Part shown: positions 26,031 to 36,410 of the stretch, in pieces | Layout: each line of letters opens with the position of its first letter | How positions within the stretch are numbered: the stretch's first letter is position 1 | Assembly: GCF_036321535.1 (NCBI RefSeq) | Contig: NC_087444.1 | Location: forward strand, 44,764,001 to 44,828,000 | DNA from: Camelus dromedarius | Taxonomy: Eukaryota | Length of the DNA: 64,000 bases | Direction of reading: 5' to 3' | Position numbers and translations under genes: made by a program | Notes under the pieces: generated by a model | What the model was told of the DNA's origin: nothing | What the model saw: only the letters and a program-made list of their open reading frames with translations | Databases searched by the model: none

Positions 26031-26537
26031 ATGTCCCAGGTAACTGTTGGGCTCCTGTTACTAAGAGGAAGGGGGTGGATATTGGGAGCAAACCCACGTC
26101 TCTGACCCATCGTATCTTGGGTTCTTAAGTTCTGGATTCCTTGTTCCCTGTGGCAGGTGTGTGTGTTTGTGTGTATGGGGGGGGGGGGTCTGAGTGCATG
26201 TTTATGTGTGTGTACATGCATGCATGTGTTAGGAGGAAGGGTGCCAGCAGGGGAAAACACCCCCAACAGGGCACCATTATCTGAGACCAGCGGACCTCAA
26301 ATTTTAGTGCAAAACAGAATCACCTGAGAAGCTTACTAAAAATATAGTCAGTAGGCAAAGACTCTTGGGCAGAAAATTAACACTTAATCAAAAAGGACAA
26401 AACAACAAACTGGTTTTCATCAAAAATTAAAATTTCTGATCATCAAAAGATACCATTAAGAAAATGAAAAGGCAAGCCATAGACCAAAAGGAAATTTTCC
26501 TAATATGTATCCATGACAAAGGACATATGTCCAGAAT

Positions 26538-27102
26538 TGCTGTGTGCTGGTCTCAGCTGATCAATAATCAATGCTGTGGTTGGACCAGCCCTTGTGGTTC
26601 TTATTACAACTGAAGACACCCTTCAGCAATAACCATCAGGAAACTTTGGGAAAAAATGGAGGTTTGTTACTTACAAGATGTGGAAATTACACAGCATAGC
26701 TGGGGCTGCACAAGGTCGAGTGGGGGAAGAGAAAGTGAGTCTGCATGGGCCTGGGGTTCTGCTTTTATTGGGGTTGGGGGGGGTCTACGTTTTCTTGAGC
26801 TCACTATTTATTGATGATTTTAAAACATAAAAAAGGGGATTTTAAAGCATAGGAAGAGGAAAAAAAAAAAAAAACCCAGATAGTCCAAAGGTCAGTTGTT
26901 GAAATCAACCAAGATCTCTGAAACAAAGGCGCCTCTTTGAGGCGGTAACTTGGCCCTTTATCTTGTCATGTGGCTGGCAATGTGTTTATTATAGATCGTT
27001 GGTCATCTTTGAAGTGGATGCCTCTTTGAAATAGGTGCCTCAGAGATCAGAATTTGTCAGGCACTTGAATTACAAAAAAGGAAAGAATTGTCAGAGCTTA
27101 CA
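26538..27102 (-). mobile_element. ERV-type solo LTR
   Basis: Minus strand begins TGTAAGCTC and ends CA, with a polyA signal (ttttatt on plus, about 26763). It interrupts the L1 at ccagaat. No TSD was identified. Confidence 0.5.
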
Positions 27103-27129
27103 CTGAAGGAGAACTTCTGAAAATAATTA

Positions 27130-27730
27130 TTTTTTTCTTCTTTTAAAATTTTTATTAAAGTAGAGTCAGTTTACAATGTTGAGTTAATTTCTGGTGTACA
27201 GCATAGTGATTCATTTATACACACACATATATATATATATTCCTTTTCATACTCTTTTTCATTATAGTTTAGCAAAGATATTGAATATAATTTCCTGTGC
27301 TTTACAGTAGAAACTTGTTTTTTATCTATTATATGTCTAGTAGTTAGTATCTGCAAATCTCGAACTCCCAAGTTATCCCTTTCCACCCCATTTCCCCACT
27401 GGTAACCATAAGTTTGTTCTCTACGTCTGTGAGTCTGTCTCTGTTTTGTCAATAATTTCGTTTGTGTCCTCTTTTATTTTTTTTAGATTCCATATAACTG
27501 TTAACATATGATACTTGTCTTTCTCTGACTTACTTCACTGAGTAGGACAATCTCCAAGTCCACCCATGTTGCTGCAAATGGCATTATCTTGTCATTTTTT
27601 TATGGCTGAGTAGTTTTCCATTGTATAAATATACCAAACTTCTTTATCCAGTCACCTGTCGATGAACATGTAGGTTGCTTCCATGTCCTGGCTATTGAAA
27701 ATAGTGCTGCTATGAACACTGGGGTGCATG
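27130..27730 (-). mobile_element. Younger L1 3' end (cetartiodactyl L1MA9/L1_Art-like)
   Basis: ttttattaaagtagagtcagtttacaatgttgag..ctggtaaccataagtttgttctctacgtctgtgagtctg..catgttgctgcaaatggcattat..gctgctatgaacactggggtgcatg. Confidence 0.8.
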
Positions 27731-28945
27731 AAAGTAATTATTAATGATAATTAAAAAGATAAACAATCCAATTTTTTAACAATCTAATTTTTAAGTGGCT
27801 GAAAGTCTTGAATAGACACATTATGAAAGATATTTAAAAAGAAGACATAAAAATACCAATAAACATGAAAAAACAGTCAATATCTTTAGTCATCAGGGAA
27901 ATCTAAATTCAAACCAAGTGATCTACTACTTCAGACCCACTAGAACGACTACAGCTTAAAAGCCTGAAAATACCAAGTGTACAGAAATGTGAAGCAACTG
28001 GAACTTGAATATTCTGCTGGGCAGAAATGGAAAAGGCTACAACCACTTCAGAAGTTTGGCAGATGCTAATAAAGACCCAGCAATTTTACTCCTAGGAATC
28101 CACCCAAGAGATAGGAAAGCATGTTGTCCGCAAAAAGACTTGTGTCAGAATGCTCATAACAGCTTTCTTCATAATAGCCCCAAACTGGAAACACCTTGAA
28201 TGTCCACCAAAAAAGAATGGATAAGCAAACTGTGGAGCACACATACAATGGAATACTACGCAGACATATAAAGGAATAAACTACTGATACATGCAACAAT
28301 ATGGATGAATTCCAAAAAGATTGGGCTGAGTAAAAGAAGCCAGAATGAAGTACTTACTGTAGGATTCCATTTATATGAAGTTCACAAATCAATGAAACTG
28401 ACCTGGGACAGAAGTTAGTGGTTGTAGGTGGATGACAGGTGGAGTATTGACTGGAAGGGGGACCGGGGAACTGTTAGAGTGATGGATATGTTCCATCTTG
28501 ACTGGGGTGTGTGTTACATAGGGGTGTATGTCTGTCAAAACTCATCAAACCCTGCAGTTAGGGTTTGTACATTTTACTCAATGCAAATATAATTTTATCT
28601 GAAAAACTTTGTGTGTGTGAGTGTATGAACTGCCAGCCCTGATCTCAGAGATTCTGATTCATGGGCTCTAGGAAACTGGTATTTTTTGACTTAGGAATTG
28701 GCATTTTTATCACCCCCTTCTCAGGGTGTTCTGATGCAGGTGGACAGGACAGATGTGATTTCTGGGACTGGAGAGAGGGGCATGGAAGCCATGTGGCTCT
28801 GAAGGGAGTGGCTTCCTGAGTTCCGGAGGACTACAGGTAGGGGTGGAGGTGGGGAGAGTGGCTGTAGCTGATGGCCAGTGGAAGCACAGCCCTGGGAGGG
28901 GGCTTTTACAGTATAAGCCATGGTGACATCAGTGTCCAGGACTAA

Positions 28946-29588
28946 TGTTACCAAACCAAACTTGGTCCATTCACCTGGGTGCAGTAAAGCCTGAAACAGG
29001 ATTGTGGTAACGGAATTTGCAGCGTTGTTTGCTAGCCAGGCGAGGAGGCCAGGCAGCCAGTGCTCAAGAGACTCCCCCATGGAGTCTTCCTCTTCAGGGA
29101 AAGGCTTTTAAAGAGGGAGGGTAGGGAGGGGGGGTTGCAGGGGCGTGATCAGCCCGTGGACATTCTTCTGATTGGTTGGTGGTGAGGTAATTGGGAGTTA
29201 ACATAATTAACCTGGTTCCAACTAGTCTGGGGTGCTCGAGCTTTAGGCAGCCTACAGTTAACTTCTTCCACCTGGTGGGGCTTTCAGTGTCTGCAAATCA
29301 GCCTAAAGAATTTGGCTCAGAATATTATCTGTAACCCTTGAGGAGGAACTTGACTTTGTTTAATGGTTAAACTATTATTGTTTTGTCTTGCTTGACTGTT
29401 TTACTTTGTTTCTGTATTTTCTCACTTCTTTGAGTAAATTTAATTTTTGTAACTCGAGAAAGGCCTAGGAGGCTAAAGTTTTTTTGTTGTCGTTGTTTGT
29501 TTGTTTTTTTGTTTGTTTTACCAACAAGAGGCAGGCAGAATGGGGGAGGTCTGTCCCAGGAAAGCCCCAAAGGTCCTGATTGGTTACA
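28946..29588 (-). mobile_element. ERV1-like LTR
   Basis: Termini TGTAACC (minus start at 29588) and GGTAACA (end at 28946). CCAAT box (ctgattggttgg) is present, and a purine tract aaagaaaagggaggaat lies immediately 5' on the minus strand. Confidence 0.65.
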
Positions 29589-30929
29589 ATTCCTCCCTTT
29601 TCTTTGTTACTCCTTAATCCTGAGGAGGAACAGGTATGAAGCAAGAAAGGTAATGACGTTTTGGATAGAAAGGTTAATCACAAACCTGGCAGAGGAACTC
29701 AGCTTTAGGGGGACCAGTTTCACGAGGAATCACAATAATAGTTAATATATATTGAGCACTTCCCAAGTGCTAAGGACTTTACATGTAGTTATTCATTTTG
29801 TTATCCCCAAATTATAGACGAGAAAACCAGGAGGCTTAACAACTTTCCAAGCTAAAACAGCTGGTACTGGAGGCAGGATCTGAACCCAGACAGCCTGGTT
29901 CCAGGGCTTGCATCCTGAGCCTCTATGCTGGTCTCCCCTTCCCACTCCCCCCAACCCCTGTATCATAGCTTTCCTGGGCATTGGACAAATTGCCATAGCC
30001 AGAGGTAGAATATGGAGCCTCAAAAGATGATTGAGGAAAAAAAAAGATAACTGAGGTTGGGCTCCTTAAAGCCTTGGTGAGTGGGAAGGCACACAACCCT
30101 GCAGAGCCAGGCAGGTCTTGTAATAAGTGAAGTGGGCAGGTGTGATACATTAGGGAGTGGCGGGGACTGTGGCACGACCACTTTAAAAGGAGCAGCCATT
30201 ATTGAGTCTGTCCCATTGGGGCCATGCAGGAACACTGGTCCAGTGCTCTGGCGACCCAGAGTTTTAAAGATTTTGATCCTTATGGTCCACATTCCAGTCA
30301 ATTGAAACGTGTGTGGGTGTGACGCAGGCTGGGGATGTGGATTGCAATGTCTGCCCTCCTCTCCCTGCTGGGTCTTCTGCAGCAAGATGAACCACAGGCC
30401 AGTGACCTTTGCAACTTCAGGCCTCACCCTTCTAAGGATGAGGATGTTTAACCCTTTAAGAGTCCACGCTCTCCTGCATACAGAGCCTGAACTCTCTGAG
30501 GCAGCCAGGAGTGCCCCACACTGCCGCCCTGTCTGCGTGCACCCTTCCTCCCTGCCTATCAGGAGCTCCATCCCAGAATCAAACCATGCCTTCCTCACCA
30601 GCTCCTTTGCCCCCGTCAGCTTTTTCCAAAGGCCCGCGGGTCTGCCAAATCTCAGGATTATCTGCCACCCGCTATGTCCCCCGACATTGCCTGCAGCCTC
30701 CTGCTCCATTTATTGGCTGATGCTTTTTGGCTTTCTTTCTTAAATTCCGTGTGAACCATCGTGTGGCGCAATCTTTCATCTCATTCCATATCTAGCTGCA
30801 GCCTGAGCTTCGGCATCTGTGGGCTTTGCAGCCAGATATGAAGAGAGGAGAGGTTCAGTTCCTGCCTCCTGCCTCTCCAACCCCGAATCTTCCAGTTTAA
30901 GCCCAGAACTCTGAAGTGGTTTTTTTTGG

Positions 30930-31220
30930 CGTAAACAACAGACATTCATTTTCTTACAATTCTGGAAGCCACAAGTCCAAAATCAAGGTGTCAGCAGGGT
31001 TGACTGTTTTCTGAGGCCCCTCTCCTTGGTTTGTAGATGCTTGTCTTCTACCTGTGTCTGCATAAGGTCTTCCCTCTGGGCATGTCTGTGCTCTAATCTT
31101 GCCTTATCAGGACACCAGTCATATTGGATGAGGGCCCCCCTTCATGACTTCCTGTTAACTTAATTATCTCTTTAAAGAATGTCTCCAAACAGTCACATTC
31201 TGATGTGCTGGGAGTTAGAT
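30930..31220 (-). mobile_element. MLT1-family MaLR LTR
   Basis: aaacaacagacattcattttcttacaattctggaagccacaagtccaaaatcaaggtgtcagcagggttg..acaccagtcatattgga..tccaaacagtcacattctga. Confidence 0.75.
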
Positions 31221-31399
31221 TTGCTTTGGCCTCGTAAATGCTTCTTATGAAACCTCACTCGTCAATAGGCGTTAGCCGGGGTCTCACATGCAGGATGTGG
31301 GCGTGTGGGCACAGGCAGCAGTCAGCCCGGTTGTAGAGCAAACGCTCTAAGCCATTATGCTGTTTCACTGCTTGATAATGAGATGGTCCTATAAGTATC

Positions 31400-31640
31400 A
31401 ACAAACGTATCAGACCTAATATTTATTTGCAGCCCTCCACATGGCAGGGACTGTTTTTAATAGTTATCTCATTTTGTTGTTGTGACAACTCTTTTAGGAA
31501 GGGAGACACTAACTACTGAAAGCTCCCTTTTACAAAAGAGACAGTTGAAGCACAGAGAGGTTAAGTACCCTGCCCAAGTTTACACAGCTAAGAAGTGGTA
31601 GAGACAGGATTCAAACCTATATAATCAGGCTCCAGAGCCT
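31400..31640 (-). mobile_element. MIR SINE
   Basis: cttttacaaaagagacagttgaagcacagagaggttaagtaccctgcccaagtttacacagctaagaagtggtagagacaggattcaaacc. Confidence 0.65.
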
Positions 31641-32514
31641 GCTCTCTCAACCTCTCTTCCAGGGTTTGAAACAGAGGAGTGACATGCTCTACCAGGTAGA
31701 GCCCAGCTGCTGTGTCAAAAATTGACCGAAGTTCTAGCCGCACTTGCTTGAATTCTCTTGAAGCCTCTTGAAACTTTATTGTTATTGCTATTAAGTGTTA
31801 TTCATATTAATAGCAGTAGCGGAACTTAGCTTCTGTCCAAACCTGTGCTCTGAGTAACTGTTTAACCTGGGTCCAGAGAGACAGGGAGGTGGCACAAGCC
31901 TGGAAACCGAGTCTTGGGACTGTTCACCACCCTCGAGGTCAACCAGCACCACAAGTCACCATAGTGACAGCTCTGACACTCCAGGACACTGAAGTCCCCC
32001 AGACCTCCTTGCTGCTAACAGTCCCCAGAGGGCCCTGCCTTAGGCCTGCTGTATCACTTTGTTTCTAATGTCAGACAAATTTGGAAAACGCTGCTTTAAT
32101 ACAAGATATCCCCATTGTATGGCATCCTAAGTATGTCTAATTATCTCCAGTTGTACTATGAAATTCTCAAAAACATCTTCACAATATGAATTCAAATGTG
32201 GTTGATTAAAAATTATAAACACATTCCAAATAGGACCTTTAGTTGTAGGGAAGTTGGGAGCAAAGTCAGTGTCCTAAAAATTCAGCCTAAGGCCCTAGGA
32301 AAAAGGAGGGTCACTGCTTTTACCAGTGCTTATATCAGCTCATGCTAACTCCACCTGTTTTCCCAAACTGTTTCTCCACTGTTTCCTGTCTGTCAACTAT
32401 GAACTTACAGTTACTTTCAAAGAGCTAAGGAAAGTTAAGTCTGATTGTCTTAACCTTTTGATGTGCTGGGTTGGTTGACTAAATTGGTATTTCCCCAGCC
32501 TGCAATGAATGAGA

Positions 32515-32533
32515 TGACCACCAGGTGGCAGAA
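32515..32533 (+). promoter_or_regulatory. Strong candidate CTCF site
   Basis: TGACCACCAGGTGGCAGAA contains a perfect CCASYAGRKGGCRS core (CCACCAGGTGGCAG). Confidence 0.65.
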
Positions 32534-32788
32534 AACACCCAGTAAACAAAGTCAAATCCCTTTTCAAACTATAAAGTGTTCAGACTTGCAGATTGGAACC
32601 AGAGCTGGGATCTATGATGCTGGGAGGGGGAGTATGTAGAATTCTGGGTAACCGTAGCTAAATTATGTTGCTGATTTAAAAATTGTATTCAGCCTTCAAC
32701 CTACTTATGATCCCCCCCCCCCCTACCATTATCTAGGGCTATGATTTTAAGAAAGCACTGACCAGGTAAATGACTCAATGAATTAAAC

Positions 32789-33003
32789 CAGTTTTCTCAA
32801 CTGGGGATTGTTTTGCCCCACCTCCCCCGGGGACATTTGGCAATATCTGGAAATAGTTTTGGTTGTCACAACTAGGGAAGTGCTACTGGCATCCGGTAGG
32901 TGGAGGCCAGGGTTACTGTTAAACACCCTATAATGCACAAGACAGGCCCCCACAGCAAGGGAGTATCTGACCGAAAATGTCAATGCTGAGGTTGACACAC
33001 CCT
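32789..33003 (+). mobile_element. MER20 DNA transposon
   Basis: cagttttctcaactgggga..ggggacatttggcaatatctgga..ttttggttgtcacaact..gtgctactggcatc..aaatgtcaatgctgaggttgacacaccctg. Confidence 0.8.
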
Positions 33004-33548
33004 GGATTAAACCAACAAAGAACAAAATCCCGCTCCTGGTGAGGTGAGACCCGGGCTCCCTGGGTCTCTACTTTCTGTATCCCAGTCTCTGTTCCACGGA
33101 GGAATCACTAAGTAATGCTGCCGCACTGAACTTTGTGAGAACACAGGAAAACGGACTCCATGGCTGTCCCTGAGGAAATGATAGTCTATAGGGGCTGAAG
33201 TCTCAGATGCCTACGTGGCTGGGGAGTTAATAAAAGAGGGATGATGTGAACCAGAAGAGAAGAAAATGGGGAGTGGTGGGGGCTGTGATAAGCTGGAGGC
33301 TCTCAAAGGACAGTCATCACTGATCCCGGCTCGCTGCCACCACGTGGGAGAGTAGACCCAGTACTGCTGGACCTTCTGCCTTGGGGAATGAAAAGGGGTA
33401 ACATTTGGGCCAATCCCTGAAGTGTGAGCAGAATTTGTGTAGGTGGCAGGGAAACAAGCCAAAACTAGCATCCCAGACAAGGATGCCCCAACCAGGAGTT
33501 ACAGATTGATCAAATCTGGCCCTCTAATTTGTATTTGCTCTACACAAT

Positions 33549-33725
33549 CTTTCTCTCTTTCCCTCTCTCTCTCTCTTCCTCTCTCTCTCTCTCCTTTTAA
33601 CACAATTTTAAAAATTGTAGTAAAGTATACATAATATAGAATCTACCATTTTAACCCTTTTTAATTATATGATTCCATGGGCTTAAGAATATTTAGAGTT
33701 TTACAACCATCACCACTATCCAATC
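33549..33725 (-). mobile_element. (CT)n tract followed by an antisense L1 3' end
   Basis: ttctctctttccctctctctct.. then aaaattgtagtaaagtatacataatatagaatctaccattttaacc. Confidence 0.55.
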
Positions 33726-34052
33726 AACAATCAATAAACAATAAATTAAGCCCAGGTTTTTGGTGTTTGCCAACTTAGGCATTGTAAAAACTGCCCAATT
33801 TCAAGCTACCAATGTGATGTCACTGAACGCAGACTTGGGAAGAGATGCAAAGTACTACACTTTTATATAGTATGTTCATCAATTAGGTACAATAGGTGTA
33901 AGCCATAAATAATGGCTAGTGGGCCAAATTGGGCCCCAGGCCTGTCTTTGAATGCCCCAAGAATGGTTCTATATTTTTAAAAGGTCGTAAAAGGGGGGAA
34001 AAAGGATATGTAATGGAGACCATATGTGGCTTTCGTATTAGTTATTAACGAA

Positions 34053-34195
34053 GGGGGAGGGTGTAGCTCAAAGTGGTAGAGTATATGTTTAGCATGCACG
34101 AGGTCCTGGGTTCAATCCCCAGTACCTCCTCTGAAAAAAATAAATAAACCTAATTACCTCCCTCCCCCCACCAAAAAAAAAAAAACTAAAAAAAT
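34053..34195 (+). mobile_element. tRNA-Ala-derived SINE (vic-1 type)
   Basis: gggggagggtgtagctcaaagtggtagag..gaggtcctgggttcaatccccagtacctcc with an A tail; 15-bp TSD ttagttattaa(c/t)gaa at 34038-34052 and 34196-34210. Confidence 0.9.
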
Positions 34196-34509
34196 TTAGT
34201 TATTAATGAAAATAACAATATGAACCTGCATTCATATAGAAACTGCACTTATTCATCAATTGCAAACCATAGATTGGCTGTAGTTACAACAGTTCAGCAA
34301 AAATTAAAGCATTCTGTGAAAATCAATAGATGAGACAGACAATAGAGTATTGCATATTTCGTGATATTTTCAAAATTGTGGGCTACATAATCTCTATATC
34401 ATTAAACATTTATAGTAAATTTATGTGCTCATGTGTATGAATGCACATTTTCCCTGGAGAACTTCTGGTCACGGAATATCTACCGTCACTCCCCTGAAGT
34501 TCTAGCACC

Positions 34510-34693
34510 TTGTGATGGGAAGATTTCGGATTCTAAAGACGCCTGCTCTTGTTCTTTCTCTCCCTCGGCTATGTGAGGACAGAAGGAGAAGGGAGCTGTC
34601 TGCAAGCCAGGACAAGAGTCCTCACCGAAACCCGACCATGCTGGCATCCTGATCTAAGAACTGTGAGAAAATACATTTCTGTTGTTTAAGCCA
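34510..34693 (+). mobile_element. MLT1A-like LTR 3' fragment
   Basis: ctatgtgaggacagaaggagaagg..ctgtctgcaagccagg..ctcaccgaaacccgaccatgctggcatcctgatct..atttctgttgtttaagcca. Confidence 0.7.
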
Positions 34694-34707
34694 AAAGGAA
34701 AAAAAAA

Positions 34708-35570
34708 AGTCTGTGTTCCCCAAATTGATCTGTAGATTCAGTGCAATTCTGATCAGAATCCATAGGAAATTTTCCATGGAATTTTTATAAGGTGATTCTA
34801 AAATGTGTATGGAAGAGCAAAGAGCCAGAAATACCCAGGACATTTCTGAAGAATAGCAGGGCGTTGGGAGTAAGGGGTGAGAGACGGGGAGCTTATCACC
34901 ACTAGACATCAGGGCTTAACTCTGAAGCTTTAGAAAAGAGAGCCCAGAAGAGATGGCCTCACACATCTATGGCTCTTTGGTATGTGACAGAAGTGACCAG
35001 TCTGATTAGTGACGAGAAGAAGGAACATTCACTAAATGGACCTGATCGCTCACCAGGAAAAAGATGAAATTGGATCCTTGTCTCAACCCTGTCGCAAAAA
35101 TCTATTCCCAGATGGATGAATAACTTCAATTTAAAAACAAAACTTTGCAAGCTATACTTTAGATATTTTTAGGCATTCAAATATGTTTTAGACCTTGGAG
35201 TAGCAAATGATTTCTTAATCAAGCCACCAAAAAAACTGACTATATAATAAAATTTGGTAAAGCTGACTACTTTAAAAGTAAGACCATTTTCCCGTCAAAT
35301 GATGTTAGACAAAGAATGAATTTCAAGAGTGTATGATGGAGGGAGGGTACAGCTCAGTGGTAGAGCTCATGCTTAGCATACACGAGGTCCTGGGTTCAAT
35401 CCCCAGCACCTCCTCTAAAAATAAATAAATAAGTAAACCTAATTATGCCCTAAAAATTTTTAAAAAAAATTAAAGAAAAAAAATTTCAAAACCAATTATC
35501 AAGAGTGTATGATGAACACCTATACCACAATAGAAGGATACAAACAACCCATAAAAAATGGGCACAAACC
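34708..35570 (+). mobile_element. Old L1 ORF2 3' fragment hosting two SINEs
   Basis: ttccccaaattgatctgtagattcagtgcaattctgatcagaatcc..tgattctaaaatgtgtatggaagagcaaagagccagaa. Confidence 0.65.
35339..35498 (+). mobile_element. tRNA-Ala-derived SINE (vic-1 type)
   Basis: gagggagggtacagctcagtggtagag..ggttcaatccccagcacctcc with an A-rich tail; perfect 16-bp TSD tcaagagtgtatgatg (35323-35338, 35499-35514). Confidence 0.9.
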
Positions 35571-35659
35571 GGGTTTGCTCAGTGGTAGAGCACATGCTTA
35601 GCACGCACAAGGTCCTGGGTTCAATCCCCAGTACCTCCATTAGAAAAATAATAATTACA
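35570..35659 (+). mobile_element. tRNA-Ala-derived SINE (vic-1 type, short)
   Basis: gctcagtggtagagcacatgcttagcacgcacaaggtcctgggttcaatccccagtacctcc; TSD ggcacaaac (35561-35569, 35660-35668). Confidence 0.85.
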
Positions 35660-35707
35660 GGCACAAACAGAAACGATCTGATTTGAAGTGATTTTCTCTT
35701 AAAAAGG

Positions 35708-35860
35708 NNNNNNNNNNNNNNNNNNNNNNNNNNNNNNNNNNNNNNNNNNNNNNNNNNNNNNNNNNNNNNNNNNNNNNNNNNNNNNNNNNNNNNNNNNNNN
35801 NNNNNNNNNNNNNNNNNNNNNNNNNNNNNNNNNNNNNNNNNNNNNNNNNNNNNNNNNNNN
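35708..35860. other. Assembly gap (153 N)
   Basis: Seen directly. Confidence 0.95.
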
Positions 35861-35919
35861 ATGCTGACATAAATAAACAATAATTGAATGAATGAATGAA
35901 GAAAGAAAAAAATTTCCTG

Positions 35920-36410
35920 TGTAAGAATTCCAAATAATTAATGTAGACGCTTGCCCGTAAGGAGCATAACCTCCCACTCCTTAAATGTGGAAGTACAGAA
36001 TGACTTCCTTCCAAAGAATTAAAGCATGGAGAGGGGGCCGAAAGAGTTCCTGTACTGGGGAGATGCCTGCCAAACACTCCCTCGGCCAGGTGGTCAAAGT
36101 CAGCATCAATAGTGCTAAGCCAAGTTGATACCGGATGGTGACGACCTCTGTGGTCGTCCTCCCCCTAATCCATAACCCCAATCTAATAAGGAGAAAAACA
36201 TCAGACAAATTTCAGTGGAGACGCATCCTACGACACTCCTCAAAATTGTCCAGGCCACCAAAAACAAGGAAAGTCTGAGAAACTGTCCCAGCCAAGAGAC
36301 ACCTAAGGAGACTTGACAACTGGGTGGAATGTGATATTTTGGATGAGATACTGGAACAGAAAAAGGACATTAGATAAAAAAGAAGGAAATCTGAATAAAG
36401 TATGGGCTTC
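35920..36410 (+). mobile_element. L1MC-like 3' UTR fragment
   Basis: gagcataacctcccactccttaaatgtgg..acaaggaaagtctgagaaactgtcccagccaagag..ctggaacagaaaaaggacattag..aaatctgaataaagtatggg. Confidence 0.7.

Larger units (their letters stand above)
26360..28590 (+). mobile_element. Old L1ME-like element interrupted by an LTR and an antisense L1
   Basis: ORF2 3' part (aaaagataccattaagaaaatgaaaaggcaagcc) at 26360-26537 resumes at about 27735 (aaacaatccaatt..tagtcatcagggaaat..caattttactcctaggaatccacccaagag) and ends with the 3' UTR at about 28590. Confidence 0.65.

Noticed and set aside
29265-29280. CTCF-like CCACCTGGTGG palindrome
   Set aside because: Lacks the GGC end of the core and lies inside an LTR.
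30020-30709. 229-aa minus-strand ORF and overlapping plus-strand ORFs
   Set aside because: No recognisable domain, no convincing splice or promoter context, and overlapping ORFs on both strands; consistent with chance in GC-richer DNA.
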